Assembly: GCA_020847275.1 (NCBI GenBank)
Contig: JADLCI010000007.1
Location: 188,059-252,058, forward strand
Direction: 5' to 3'
Length of the DNA stretch: 64,000 nt
Origin: Candidatus Nomurabacteria bacterium
Lineage (GTDB): Bacteria > Patescibacteriota > Minisyncoccia > Phycocordibacterales > JACOZG01
The position numbers and the translations under genes are program-made. Below the pieces are notes generated by a model. The model saw only the letters and a program-made list of their open reading frames with translations, did not search any database and was not told where the DNA came from. Positions within the stretch are counted from its first letter, which is position 1; every line of letters starts with the position of its first letter. Of this stretch, positions 44,600 to 55,469 are shown in pieces.

Positions 44600-45106
44600 A
44601 TGAAGGATAAAGAACGAGAATTAGAATTTGAGGTTGAAGCGGAAGATACGCCCCCAGAAGAGGTGTTGAAGAAAATGCGCGCTAAATTGAAACAATGTCA
44701 GAGCGAGAAACAGGAGTATCTAGAAACTAGTCAACGCTTACGAGCAGACTATATAAATCTGAAACGCAACAGTGAGCAAGAAAGAATCCAGACGATCAAA
44801 TTTGCTAATGAGAATTTGCTTTTAGAACTGATTGATCTGATGGACAATCTGGATCAGGCGACAGCTTGGTTCCCCGGTACAGAACAGATCGCCAGCAAGT
44901 TCGTAGCAATCCTCAAACAAAATGGCGTAGAGATAATTGATCCTCTCCGGCAAACCTTCAATCCGTCTGAGTCCCAGGCAATTGCTACAGTTGACACAAA
45001 TAAAGAAGAGGAAGATAATATCGTGCTGGAAGTGTCGCAGAAGGGTTACCGTCTTAACGGTAGGGTGGTTCGGCCAGCAAGTGTGAAGGTGGGGCATAAA
45101 GTTTAA
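44600..45106 (+). CDS. grpE: nucleotide exchange factor GrpE
   Basis: Coiled-coil N-terminus followed by a GrpE C-terminal beta domain (NGRVVRPASVKV). Lies immediately upstream of dnaK. Confidence 0.85.
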   Translation: MKDKERELEFEVEAEDTPPEEVLKKMRAKLKQCQSEKQEYLETSQRLRADYINLKRNSEQERIQTIKFANENLLLELIDLMDNLDQATAWFPGTEQIASKFVAILKQNGVEIIDPLRQTFNPSESQAIATVDTNKEEEDNIVLEVSQKGYRLNGRVVRPASVKVGHKV

Positions 45107-45130
45107 TTATTAGTTTTTAAAATATAAATT

Positions 45131-46993
45131 ATGGCAAAAATTTTAGGCATTGATCTTGGTACCACTAACTCCGCCATGGCTTATATCGAGGGCGGGGAGC
45201 CAAAAATTATTGAAAATAACGACGGGGCGCGAACGACCCCCTCAATCGTTGCGCTTTCAAAGTCTGGTGAGCGATTGGTGGGGCTTCTGGCGAAGCGTCA
45301 GGCTGTGACGAATCCCAAAAATACAATCTTTGGCGTAAAAAGAATGATGGGACACAAGTTCGAGGACGCTAATATCCAACGTGATCGTGGGACAGTACCT
45401 TATGCGATTGAACGTTCGGAAGATGGTGGGGTAAAGGTTAAATTGGGCGATAAGTTTAATCGTCCAGAAGAGATTTCGGCCCTCATTTTACAAAAATTAA
45501 AGAAGGATGCGGAAGCGCATCTGGGTGAGAAGATTGAAGAGGCGGTGATTACTGTACCAGCCTATTTTGATGATTCTCAACGGAAGGCGACACGTGATGC
45601 TGGGGAAATCGCTGGTTTCAAGGTTCGCCGAATTATCAATGAACCGACCGCGGCGGCGTTGGCTTATGGTTTCAATAAACGTAAAGACGAACAAATCGTT
45701 GTTTATGACTTTGGTGGCGGTACATTCGACATCTCTGTTTTGGAAATTACTGGCGCGGAGGGTGATCAGAGTATTGTTGTTAAATCGACGGACGGTGATT
45801 CTCACATGGGCGGAGAGGACATTGATCAGAAGATTGTTCAATGGATTGCCGCAGAGTACAAAAAGGAGAGTGGGATTGATGTAATAAAAGATGAGTTAGC
45901 TCTCCAGCGGTTGAAGGAAGCCGCAGAGAAAGCAAAACATGAGCTGTCCACCCTTAATGAAACAGAAATTAATCTGCCGTTCATTACCTCTGACGCTTCT
46001 GGACCCAAACATCTTTTAATCAAAATGAGTCGCTCCAGACTCGAAGATTTGGCGCGGGAATATATTGATCGCTCCATCATGATTACCAAGCGGGCCGTCG
46101 AAGCCTCGGGTTACAAATTTACCGACATTGACGAGGTTATTCTCGTGGGTGGTCAGACGAGGATGCCGGCAATTATTGCGGAGGTTAAGAAATTATTCGG
46201 TAAAGAGCCGAATCGTTCCATCAATCCAGATGAGGTGGTGGCGGTTGGAGCGGCGATTCAAGCGGGGATTTTTCAGGGAGATGTTAAGGATGTTTTATTG
46301 CTTGATGTGATACCTCTTAGTCTTGGAATCGAGACTTTAGGGGGCGTAAGTACCAAGATTATTGAGCGAAATACAACGATTCCCACTTCTCGTTCTCAAA
46401 TTTTTTCTACCGCTGCGGACAACCAAACCAGTGTGGAGATCCATATTACACAAGGCGAGCGGCCACTTGCCTCTGACAACAAGTCTCTTGGTCGCTTTGT
46501 TTTGGACAGCATTGCTCCAGCTGGTCGTGGTTTGCCCCAGATTGAGGTAACTTTTGACATTGATGCCAATGGAATTTTAAGCGTGAAGGCTAAGGATAAA
46601 TCTACAGGTAAGGAACAATCTATCAGAATTGAGGCGCGCTCTGGTTTGACTGATGCTGACATTGAGAAAATGAAAAAAGATGCTGAACTTCACGCCGAAG
46701 AAGATAAACAGAAGAAAGAATTGATTGACACACAGAATCTTGCAGATCAAGTGATTCATATGTCGGAGAAGGCTCTAAAAGACGCTGAGGGAAAACTGTC
46801 CGCCGAATTGGTGAAGGAGGTGGAAGAAAAAATCGGGGCTCTTAAAACGGCAAAAACCAGTAACAACTTGTCTGAAATCAAACAGGCAGTGGACGCATTA
46901 TCAAGTTCTGCACAGAAAATTGGCGCGGAGCTAAGCAAACAAACCCAAACTCCACCACCACCGTCAGAAGAACCAGAACAAAAGAATGGCTAA
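45131..46993 (+). CDS. dnaK: molecular chaperone DnaK (Hsp70)
   Basis: [18 protein letters not shown]..., DLGGGTFD, and so on. 620 aa. Confidence 0.95.
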   Translation: MAKILGIDLGTTNSAMAYIEGGEPKIIENNDGARTTPSIVALSKSGERLVGLLAKRQAVTNPKNTIFGVKRMMGHKFEDANIQRDRGTVPYAIERSEDGGVKVKLGDKFNRPEEISALILQKLKKDAEAHLGEKIEEAVITVPAYFDDSQRKATRDAGEIAGFKVRRIINEPTAAALAYGFNKRKDEQIVVYDFGGGTFDISVLEITGAEGDQSIVVKSTDGDSHMGGEDIDQKIVQWIAAEYKKESGIDVIKDELALQRLKEAAEKAKHELSTLNETEINLPFITSDASGPKHLLIKMSRSRLEDLAREYIDRSIMITKRAVEASGYKFTDIDEVILVGGQTRMPAIIAEVKKLFGKEPNRSINPDEVVAVGAAIQAGIFQGDVKDVLLLDVIPLSLGIETLGGVSTKIIERNTTIPTSRSQIFSTAADNQTSVEIHITQGERPLASDNKSLGRFVLDSIAPAGRGLPQIEVTFDIDANGILSVKAKDKSTGKEQSIRIEARSGLTDADIEKMKKDAELHAEEDKQKKELIDTQNLADQVIHMSEKALKDAEGKLSAELVKEVEEKIGALKTAKTSNNLSEIKQAVDALSSSAQKIGAELSKQTQTPPPPSEEPEQKNG

Positions 46994-48062
46994 AGATTAT
47001 TATAATATTCTTGGGGTACAGCGTGGTGCCTCTAAGGAAGAAATAAAGAAAGCGTTCCATAAGCTGGCACACAAGTACCATCCAGATAAAAAGGGGGGTG
47101 ATGAGGAGAAATTTAAGGAGGCTAGCGAAGCTTATCAAACACTCTCCGACGAGCAAAAAAGACGTCAGTACGATGCTTATGGTACTACAGGTGCTCAGGG
47201 TGGTTTTGGCGGTGGCACAGAAGGTTTCGGTTTTGATTTCAGTAACTTTACTGGTGCGAATGGCGCGGATTTCCAATTTGATCTTGGTGACATTTTCGGT
47301 GATTTTTTCGGTGGCCAGGGTAATCGTGGTGTTCAGAAAAAACGTGGTCGTGACATATCTGTCGATATTCAGATCTCCTTTCCTGAATCGGTGTTTGGTA
47401 CCGAGAGGAATGTTTTATTAACCAAGGTTGGTGTCTGCGAGATTTGCAGTGGCTCTGGTGCCGCGCCTGGTTCGAGTCAAAAGTCGTGTGCTAAATGTGG
47501 TGGCAAGGGTAAACTTCACGAGACGCGACGATCTCTTATCGGGACATTCACAACTGCTCGCGAGTGTGAGCAATGTGGTGGCTTGGGGCAAGTGCCAGAA
47601 AAACCGTGTAGTACTTGTTCCGGTCGTGGCACATTGAAAAAAACCGAGGAAATCAAAATTGTGATTCCGTCGGGGATCGAGAACGGAGAGATGATTAGAT
47701 TGGCCGCCAAGGGTGAAGCTATTGCTCGGGGAGTGGCTGGCGATCTTTATGTTCGTGTTCATGTGGAGAAACACCCAACTTTCAAACGTGATGGGCAAAA
47801 CTTGATGATGGATTTATCGGTCAAACTTTCTGACGCGCTGCTCGGGCACGAATACTCAATTACAGCGCTCGATGGTGAAATTAAAGTAAGGGTGCCGGCT
47901 GGGGTCGCCTTTGGGGAGATTATTCGAGTACCCGGGAAAGGTGTGCCAAATACTGGTGGTCGTCGTGGAGATTTACTTGTCCGTGTAGTTATAAAAACGC
48001 CCGTAAAACTTTCAAAAAAAGCGAGAACGTTAATTGAGGAATTAAGGGAAGAGGGAGTTTAG
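46986..48062 (+). CDS. dnaJ: molecular chaperone DnaJ
   Basis: J domain with HPD (AHKYHPDKK). Gly-rich linker. Four CxxCxGxG zinc-finger repeats. Confidence 0.9.
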   Translation: MAKDYYNILGVQRGASKEEIKKAFHKLAHKYHPDKKGGDEEKFKEASEAYQTLSDEQKRRQYDAYGTTGAQGGFGGGTEGFGFDFSNFTGANGADFQFDLGDIFGDFFGGQGNRGVQKKRGRDISVDIQISFPESVFGTERNVLLTKVGVCEICSGSGAAPGSSQKSCAKCGGKGKLHETRRSLIGTFTTARECEQCGGLGQVPEKPCSTCSGRGTLKKTEEIKIVIPSGIENGEMIRLAAKGEAIARGVAGDLYVRVHVEKHPTFKRDGQNLMMDLSVKLSDALLGHEYSITALDGEIKVRVPAGVAFGEIIRVPGKGVPNTGGRRGDLLVRVVIKTPVKLSKKARTLIEELREEGV

Positions 48063-49013
48063 TGAGTCTTTTATCAGCTTTAACTTATTTGACGGAGGAA
48101 TAGTGACGCGAACATGACTTTTTAGACAATTTTTGCCGTCAGGATAGTCAGCGAGATCTTTCAGGAGAATATTTCTTCGCTTTAAGGATTCAAAAAATTT
48201 CTTAGTATCATTGACACCTAGGGTCAGGAAATTAGTCTGACTTGAGAAATATTCTATTTTTTGTTTTTGAAGAAAAATTTCTAACTCGGATCTCACTCTC
48301 TGGTTCTCCCTAACGTATTGGTTCATTTTTTTAATCCCAACGCGTCCAAGAGAATCTATTCCGGCTTTCAACGCAAGATGGCTCACAATATATGGTGGCC
48401 CCTTTAATTTTTCTAGCTTTTCTATCATTTTCTCGTGGGCGATAACGTAGCCAAAACGGGCTCCCGCCAGTCCAAACGCCTTCGAGAGTGTTCTTAGGAT
48501 TATTAGTTCGGGATATTTCTTGATCAACGATTTTATCGTTATGCCGTAAAATTCAAAATATGCCTCGTCAACAATGGTTAGGGTCTTGTTTCTACTTGCA
48601 CATAGTAAAATAGAGTCGAGCTCTGAATGAGAAAAAGCGTAACCGATTGGATTATTGGGGTTAGAGATGTACAAACCACGGTTCCTACCAGACTTGAGAT
48701 GTTTTATTATTGTTTGACTTGAGAACGATTTGGAATAGGGCAACTTCTTGAAGATGAGTTTACGGCTTAACTCAAATTTGTCATAAAAGACAAATGTCGG
48801 GACCGGTAATAGAATTTGTTCTTTTTCTCGGAATAAAAAAGAGAAAATTAAGTCCAGGGCGTGATAGGAGCCATTAGTGATTAGTAGGTTGTTTGGCGCT
48901 ACAGCTGCGTAGTTTGCTATAGCTTTTTTCGCTCGGGCATAATCTTCTTTACGAGCATAATCATAGCCTGGCGCTATTTTCACCGGTTTTTCGTTGAGGT
49001 CTAGTTTAAGCAT
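48042..49013 (-). CDS. PLP-dependent class I/II aminotransferase (HisC/CobD-like)
   Basis: [13 protein letters not shown] and [20 protein letters not shown], with a PLP-binding Lys in SKAFG. Confidence 0.6.
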   Translation of the reverse strand: MLKLDLNEKPVKIAPGYDYARKEDYARAKKAIANYAAVAPNNLLITNGSYHALDLIFSFLFREKEQILLPVPTFVFYDKFELSRKLIFKKLPYSKSFSSQTIIKHLKSGRNRGLYISNPNNPIGYAFSHSELDSILLCASRNKTLTIVDEAYFEFYGITIKSLIKKYPELIILRTLSKAFGLAGARFGYVIAHEKMIEKLEKLKGPPYIVSHLALKAGIDSLGRVGIKKMNQYVRENQRVRSELEIFLQKQKIEYFSSQTNFLTLGVNDTKKFFESLKRRNILLKDLADYPDGKNCLKSHVRVTIPPSNKLKLIKDSLNSLFP

Positions 49014-49057
49014 TTACAGCAACATCTTTCTACTATATAATCACTCCATTCTAACAT

Positions 49058-50521
49058 ATGGTCAACCGTAAATCAGGCTCTATTTTGAGAGCAATCAAAA
49101 CTAAGAAGTCGTCTTACTGGGAACGGATTCGAAAACAACGCTCCCTGTCACTTTTTCATCAAGCTTCGCGAGAGGTCCCAGCTTATAAGGATTTCCTCAG
49201 GAAACACAAAATTGACCCCAATAAGGTTAAGGAATTCGAGGATCTAGAAATTTTACCCCACGTGACGAAAGACAACTATCTTCGGAAATATTCTCTGCCC
49301 GATTTGAGTTGGGGCGGGACGCTAGATCATCCTCTTGTCTATACCTCGACATCCGGTTCGACTGGTAATCCTGTCTATTTTCACCGTTCTTTCCGGTTAG
49401 ATTGGCAGTCTTCAATTCTTCACGAGATGTACTATTCTTTTGGGCAAAAAAGCAATGGCCCGACGCTTGTCATTGTCTGTTTTGGTATGGGGGTTTGGAT
49501 TGGGGGCATAATCACTTATCAAGCGTTTAGACTAATGAAAGAACGTGGACACAACCTTTCTCTCATTACACCCGGCATTAACAAGGAAGAGATATTTAGA
49601 GCTCTTAAAAATCTTTCGCCTTTCTATGCCCAGACAATTCTAGTGGGATATCCGCCATTTATCAAAGACATCGTTGATGAATCGGAGGAAAGGGGGATAA
49701 ACTTAAAAAAAATTGGTTTAAGGGTTCTATGCGCCGCAGAACCCTTTGATGAGAAATTCCGACGTTACCTTATAAAAAAATCGGGCGCCGACCACAAGAC
49801 AGGAGTTACTAATATCTATGGTACGGCCGATTTGGGTACGATGGCCATAGAAACACAGCTATCGATTACTATTCGCGAAAGCACCGTAAAGAGGCCGGAC
49901 ATATTTAAGGAGCTCTTTGGGGAAATCAATAAGACACCGACCCTGTGTCAGTATATTCCAGACCATATTTCTTTTGATACAACCCAGAACGGCGATATTC
50001 TAATAACTGGTGACAACTCAATTCCCCTGATTCGTTACGCCATCGGTGATCATGGGGGGACCTATTCTGCAGAAATGTTGGAAAAAAAATTGACGGATTT
50101 GGGGCAAAAGGTTGATTTTATTCAACATTTACCCTTTGTGTATGTGTACGAAAGAGCAGACATGTCCACCACACTTTATGGTCTTCAGGTTTATCCAGAA
50201 CCATTGCGGGAAATATTTTTGCAACAACCCTTTGTTAATTACTGCACGGGCAAGTTTATGTTAGAAACCAGGTTCAATCGAAAGCAAGACCAATATTTAC
50301 TTATACACATTGAATTACGCAAAAACAAGAAGATTACGGATATAATAAGAAGAGCGTTGCTGAGAGCCATCGTCCTTCAACTAGAGAATAAAAATTCTGA
50401 ATTCCGCGAGTTGCACAAAATGCTGGGACGGCGCTCATGGCCTAAGGTTGTTTTTTGGCCGTATGAGGATCAGAAATACTTTAAGGTTGGGATCAAACAA
50501 AAGTGGGTAAAGGGCAACTAA
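49058..50521 (+). CDS. adenylate-forming enzyme, phenylacetate-CoA ligase (PaaK)/F390 synthetase-like
   Basis: TSTSGSTGNPVYF is the AMP-binding P-loop of the PaaK-like subfamily. Confidence 0.65.
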   Translation: MVNRKSGSILRAIKTKKSSYWERIRKQRSLSLFHQASREVPAYKDFLRKHKIDPNKVKEFEDLEILPHVTKDNYLRKYSLPDLSWGGTLDHPLVYTSTSGSTGNPVYFHRSFRLDWQSSILHEMYYSFGQKSNGPTLVIVCFGMGVWIGGIITYQAFRLMKERGHNLSLITPGINKEEIFRALKNLSPFYAQTILVGYPPFIKDIVDESEERGINLKKIGLRVLCAAEPFDEKFRRYLIKKSGADHKTGVTNIYGTADLGTMAIETQLSITIRESTVKRPDIFKELFGEINKTPTLCQYIPDHISFDTTQNGDILITGDNSIPLIRYAIGDHGGTYSAEMLEKKLTDLGQKVDFIQHLPFVYVYERADMSTTLYGLQVYPEPLREIFLQQPFVNYCTGKFMLETRFNRKQDQYLLIHIELRKNKKITDIIRRALLRAIVLQLENKNSEFRELHKMLGRRSWPKVVFWPYEDQKYFKVGIKQKWVKGN

Positions 50522-51651
50522 AAAATATGAATCCAATTAAACTAGATCGGGCATGTGATAATTTCGAAGAATTTAAGACTCGATTAAATCCAACTAGGGT
50601 TATCGACCAATATGAGGTACTGTTGGACGATCTATTTACAATCCGAACGCCGCACACTAAGTTTATGGTTGATTACAAAGAGGAGTTGGACGAATTTGTT
50701 TCAGATTATCTTGCTGGCAAAAATATAATTGATGTTGGAGAGTGGTTTTTCTTTCCTTGGAATGGTCTTTTGGTTCATTATTTACCCGATCAAGAACACC
50801 AGGAGGTTCGCACAGCGAGGAATAGAAATATTATCACAGAAGATGAGCAAAAGAAGTTTTATAATTACCGAGTAGCAATTGCTGGTTTAAGCGTTGGCAG
50901 TCATCCAGCGTTGACAATGGGGATGATGGGTGGACCAAAGATGATGAAACTTGCTGACCCAGATGTCTTGGGACCCTCCAATCTTAATCGTTTGCGTTAT
51001 GATTTTACTACCATTGGTGATAAGAAGGTTGATCTTGTGGTAAATACTCTCTGGCAGATGAATCCCTATGGTGACTACCATCGTTATTCTGTCGGTGTGA
51101 CAACAGGAAATATTGACCAGTTTTTGGAGGGCGTAGATTTATTGGTGGAGGAGGTTGATAATTTAGAAATGAAAATACGCCTGCGCTTAGAAGCCAGAAA
51201 ACGTGGTATCCCCGTAATAATGGCAACTGATAATGGTGACAACGTGATTGTTGATATCGAACGTTTTGATTTGGAGAAAAATTTGGAGCTCTTTAATGGG
51301 ATCGCTGGACATATAGACTTGGAAGAATTTCAGAAAATAAAACCAGCGGATCTTCCAAAACTGGCAACAAAAATTGCCGGAAAGGATATGGTGATGCCAC
51401 GAATGTTGGATTCTCTGCTTGGTGTTGGTAAGACGCTCTATTCTTGGCCCCAACTTGGTGATGCCGCCACCTTGGCGGGAGTATCGCTGGCGTATATCAC
51501 GAAGCGGTTAGCTCTAGGGGAATCACTTCGGTCTGGAAAGCTGGAAGTAAACCTAGATAAAATTTTTGATCCCGACTACGATCTACCCGAGAATCAGGGG
51601 AGACGAGATGCTAATCGATCCCAGTTTGCCAAGATAATTGGACTGGAATAG
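50503..51651 (+). CDS. ThiF/MoeB/E1-like adenylyltransferase-fold protein
   Basis: RVAIAGLSVGSHPALTMGMMG...LADPDVLGPSNLNR matches the Rossmann GxGxxG and D..e.SNLnRQ pattern of E1-like enzymes. Probable start ATG 50527. Confidence 0.6.
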   Translation: MGKGQLKNMNPIKLDRACDNFEEFKTRLNPTRVIDQYEVLLDDLFTIRTPHTKFMVDYKEELDEFVSDYLAGKNIIDVGEWFFFPWNGLLVHYLPDQEHQEVRTARNRNIITEDEQKKFYNYRVAIAGLSVGSHPALTMGMMGGPKMMKLADPDVLGPSNLNRLRYDFTTIGDKKVDLVVNTLWQMNPYGDYHRYSVGVTTGNIDQFLEGVDLLVEEVDNLEMKIRLRLEARKRGIPVIMATDNGDNVIVDIERFDLEKNLELFNGIAGHIDLEEFQKIKPADLPKLATKIAGKDMVMPRMLDSLLGVGKTLYSWPQLGDAATLAGVSLAYITKRLALGESLRSGKLEVNLDKIFDPDYDLPENQGRRDANRSQFAKIIGLE

Positions 51652-51660
51652 AATCTATCT

Positions 51661-52704
51661 ATGGATGATCTGAAGAAGATCGTTTCTGAAGCGGTTTGGG
51701 CCCCATCTGGCGACAATTCCCAGCCATGGAGGTTTGTGATTGGGGAACTCTCTGTCAAGATTTTTAATCTTCCAGATCGGGACAACCCAATTCTCAATTT
51801 TAAAAAAAGTGGCTCATATATTGCACATGGTGCTTTAATCGAAAATATCACGATCTTGGCTGGGGAATTTGGCTATACCACTGATGTCAGGATTTTCCCA
51901 GACAGTAGCGAAGAGAATCTCGTTTCCGAAGTAATCTTTACCAAATCTCAAGTGGTTCGGAATCCACTGAGGGGGTATATAAAGGAAAGACATACAAATC
52001 GGCGACCGTATGAGGAACGTAAAATAGATGCTGTGACATTTGGTAAGCTGTTAGAGTCCGGCACAAATCAAGACGATTTGATAATTGTTGAGGAGGATTC
52101 TAAACTAAGGAAAATCTCTTCTGCTCTTAGTGTCATGGAAAGAATTGCACTCGAAAATAAGGGTCTCCACCGGCTTTTTTTTGGAGATCTTCTGTGGTCT
52201 GAGGATGATAACAAAGTAGGGAAACCCGGTCTGTTTGTAAAAACCCTAGAGATTCCCGTGATTGCGTTGTTTTTATTTAAAATTTTACGTTTTTGGCCGT
52301 GGACTAGATTGGCTAATCTCTTTGGTTTTTCGAGGATGGCTAGTTATGGAAATGCTAAGATTTATGCTAGATCCTCAGCATTCATTTTAGTTTCCACAAA
52401 AGGAAATCTGCCGGTCGACTTTGTAAATTCTGGTCGTCTTACGCAAAGGATTTGGCTGACCGCTGTTGCGGGGGGGTTAAGTGTCCAGCCCGTAACGGGT
52501 ATTTTGTTTATGGGACGTCGTTTCATGTCTGGTGATACTCAAGGATTTAGTATGAGACATGTTCAAATGGCAAAAGATGCCCATAACCAGGTTCAGAGAG
52601 AGTTCGGTTTACCTCGGGACAGCAACATGATGATGGTTCTGCGAATCGGATACGCCCAAGACCCAACCGCCCACTCGTTTAGGATGTCCCCTCACTTTAT
52701 CTAA
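51661..52704 (+). CDS. nitroreductase-family (FMN-dependent) protein, double-length (SagB/McbC-like dehydrogenase topology possible)
   Basis: AVWAPSGDNSQPWRFVI is the nitroreductase signature. 347 aa, about twice typical nitroreductase length. Confidence 0.6.
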   Translation: MDDLKKIVSEAVWAPSGDNSQPWRFVIGELSVKIFNLPDRDNPILNFKKSGSYIAHGALIENITILAGEFGYTTDVRIFPDSSEENLVSEVIFTKSQVVRNPLRGYIKERHTNRRPYEERKIDAVTFGKLLESGTNQDDLIIVEEDSKLRKISSALSVMERIALENKGLHRLFFGDLLWSEDDNKVGKPGLFVKTLEIPVIALFLFKILRFWPWTRLANLFGFSRMASYGNAKIYARSSAFILVSTKGNLPVDFVNSGRLTQRIWLTAVAGGLSVQPVTGILFMGRRFMSGDTQGFSMRHVQMAKDAHNQVQREFGLPRDSNMMMVLRIGYAQDPTAHSFRMSPHFI

Positions 52705-52738
52705 CAAAAACCAAAAAGTCTGCTAGAATTGTTCGTGA

Positions 52739-54355
52739 ATGGAAATCTTCACTAATTTTGATCTGCTTTCTGTGGGTATAACGGTAGCTGGTATTCTAGT
52801 TCTCGGCTTTTCAGTTTTCTTTAGCGACAGAAAGAGTGTAACGAATAGGGCGTTTTTGTTTTTTTCGTTGGTAACCGTCTTGTGGAGCACGATTAATTAT
52901 TCTTACTATCAGATCAGAGATCCGTACATTTCTTTCTGGCTTCTGAGAGCGGTTCTTTTTGTGGCCACTTGGCATGCCCTGTCATTTTTTATTTTGTCGT
53001 ATGTTTTTCCAAATAAATCTGTGATCTGGCCAAAGTATCTTCTCCCGACTCTTTTTTCGACCTCACTCTTTGTCTCCATCTTGACCCTCACTCCACTCGT
53101 TTTCTCAAACATTTTGACTGTTTCTGAAATCGGCCGCATTGTGAAAATACAAAACGGTCAAGGGATTGTTGTTTTTGGGATACTGATCTCGCTCTTTATA
53201 CTTGGTGGGTTATTTAACTTTATTAGAAAAACGATTAAAGCGAGGGGAATCGAGAGAAAACAGAACCGGCTTGTATTGGTGGGGCTTATTTTTACTTTTG
53301 CACTTATTTTTACATTTAATTTTATTTTGCCAGCCTTCTTCGATAGACCAGGATTTATACCACTTGGGGCACTTTTTGTCTTTCCTTTTGTCGCTTTTGT
53401 TTCCTACGCTATCATCAAACACGGCTTGCTCAATATCAAGGTCGTCACGACAGAAATTCTCACCTTTATTCTTTCGGTCGTTACTTTTGTCGAGGTTCTT
53501 TTTTCCGATGATCTAGCGCAGATAATTTTCCGGAGCGGCGTTTTTGTTTTGGTTTTAATTTTTGGTATTCTGCTGATCAAAAGTGTTCGTCGAGAAGTGG
53601 AGCAACGAGAAAAAATTGAAATACTTGCAGAAGAACTAACCATTGCTAATGAAAGACTGAAGGAACTAGATAAACAGAAGACGGAATTTTTATCAATTGC
53701 GTCGCATCAATTACGTGCACCGTTGACGGCAATCAAAGGTTATTCCTCTTTAATTTTAGAGCATTCCTTTGGTGATATTGGTGAGAAGGTTCGTGGGGCG
53801 GTCGATATAATCTTCCAGTCTAGCCAGAAACTCGTCACAGTTATTGAGGATTTCTTGAACATAACCAGAATTGAGTTAGGTAAAATGAAGTATGAAATGG
53901 GTCCAACGGATATGAAAGCCTTGGTAGAGACAGCGGTGAAGGAACTTGGTCCGCAGATTGAGAAGAGGGGTCTAGTGCTTGACGTAGAAATTCCCGCTGG
54001 TTTGAGTTTCGTGGTTACCGCTGATAGTGGAAAAATTGCTCAGGTGATTGGTAATCTAATCGACAACGCAACGAAGTACACCAAGGAGGGATCAATTACC
54101 ATTGCACTTTCTCGACCAATTGGCATCGGGAAGGTGAGACTTGCAATTACCGATACGGGTGTTGGGCTTACCCCAGGAGCGCACGCCAAGTTATTTGAGA
54201 AGTTTATTAGAGCCACGGACGCGGGTAAGATTAATATCATTGGCACAGGACTCGGTCTCTATGTGGCCAAACAAATTGTGGAAGCACACAATGGTAAAAT
54301 TTGGGCTGAATCACCAGGACCGGGGAAGGGGAGCACTTTTTACGTAGAATTATGA
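52739..54355 (+). CDS. sensor histidine kinase (multi-TM sensor, HisKA plus HATPase_c)
   Basis: Six or more N-terminal TM helices. H-box LSIASHQLRAPLTAIKGY. N, G1 and G2 boxes (NLIDNATKYT, DTGVGL, GTGLGL). Confidence 0.8.
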   Translation: MEIFTNFDLLSVGITVAGILVLGFSVFFSDRKSVTNRAFLFFSLVTVLWSTINYSYYQIRDPYISFWLLRAVLFVATWHALSFFILSYVFPNKSVIWPKYLLPTLFSTSLFVSILTLTPLVFSNILTVSEIGRIVKIQNGQGIVVFGILISLFILGGLFNFIRKTIKARGIERKQNRLVLVGLIFTFALIFTFNFILPAFFDRPGFIPLGALFVFPFVAFVSYAIIKHGLLNIKVVTTEILTFILSVVTFVEVLFSDDLAQIIFRSGVFVLVLIFGILLIKSVRREVEQREKIEILAEELTIANERLKELDKQKTEFLSIASHQLRAPLTAIKGYSSLILEHSFGDIGEKVRGAVDIIFQSSQKLVTVIEDFLNITRIELGKMKYEMGPTDMKALVETAVKELGPQIEKRGLVLDVEIPAGLSFVVTADSGKIAQVIGNLIDNATKYTKEGSITIALSRPIGIGKVRLAITDTGVGLTPGAHAKLFEKFIRATDAGKINIIGTGLGLYVAKQIVEAHNGKIWAESPGPGKGSTFYVEL

Positions 54356-54491
54356 TTTTTAAAAAGATAGTGTTGTCTATGAAGTTTAGAAATTAGATCA
54401 AAACAATCTGCCTTAGAAGAACCGAGACCCCAAAATTAAACCCGTTATCTTTCATGTTAAAATTAAAATAAACGTGGTAAAGTAGAGAATC

Positions 54492-55469
54492 ATGTCTGGG
54501 GATAAAAAAATATTACTGTCTGGTGTTAAACCTTCTGGTACCGTACACATCGGTAACTACTTCGGCGCACTGAAACAATTTGTCGATTTTCAGAATGATT
54601 ATCGTGCCCTAATTATGATCGCCGATCTCCACGCCCTCACCACACTCCATGATCCAGCAGAACTACGAAAGAATATTCTAGAACTCACGGCGGCCTATTT
54701 GGCAATTGGTCTCGACCCGGAGAAGGTCACACTTTTCAAGCAATCTGATATTCTAGAGCACACTCAGGCCGCTTGGATTTTCAGTTGTCTTACCACGATG
54801 CCGTATCTTATGCGTTCCCACGCCTTCAAAGATGCTGAGACTAAAAACAAAGAAGTAAACACCGGTCTCTTTACCTACCCAATCTTAATGGCCGCGGATA
54901 TTTTACTTTATTCACCGGATGTTGTTCCCGTTGGCCAAGATCAGAAACAACATTTAGAGATCGCTCGCGACATGGCCGAGAAGTTTAATCGTGTTTATGG
55001 TGAGGTATTCAAGTTACCAGAGCCACTGATTCTAGAAAATGTGAAAACCGTAGTTGGTTTAGACGGCCAGAAAATGAGTAAAAGTTATCACAATACGATT
55101 CCCTTATTTGCTACGGAGCGCGAATTGAAGCAGTTGGTTATGAGTATGAAAACTGATTCAAAAGGAGAAGAAGAACCCAAAAATCCAGAGGAATGTGGTG
55201 TTTTTGCACTACATAAACTTTTTAGTCAGGCTGATTTGGCAGAACTTAAGAAGCGGTATGTGGAAGGGAAAATTGGATATAAGGAATCAAAGGAGATTTT
55301 AGCAAAAAATATGAACGCTTACTTGGCGCCAATGAGGGAAAAATACGATTTCTTAATCAAGGACGAAAAAAGTTTGTCCGATATTCTCGCAAACGGAGCG
55401 AATTCAGCTCGAGAAATTGCTTCAGCAAAAATGGCCGAGATGAGGAAAAGTGTCGGTGTTAGTTTCTAG
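54492..55469 (+). CDS. trpS: tryptophan--tRNA ligase
   Basis: KPSGTVHIGNYFGA (HIGH-type motif) and GQKMSKS (KMSKS motif). Confidence 0.9.
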   Translation: MSGDKKILLSGVKPSGTVHIGNYFGALKQFVDFQNDYRALIMIADLHALTTLHDPAELRKNILELTAAYLAIGLDPEKVTLFKQSDILEHTQAAWIFSCLTTMPYLMRSHAFKDAETKNKEVNTGLFTYPILMAADILLYSPDVVPVGQDQKQHLEIARDMAEKFNRVYGEVFKLPEPLILENVKTVVGLDGQKMSKSYHNTIPLFATERELKQLVMSMKTDSKGEEEPKNPEECGVFALHKLFSQADLAELKKRYVEGKIGYKESKEILAKNMNAYLAPMREKYDFLIKDEKSLSDILANGANSAREIASAKMAEMRKSVGVSF

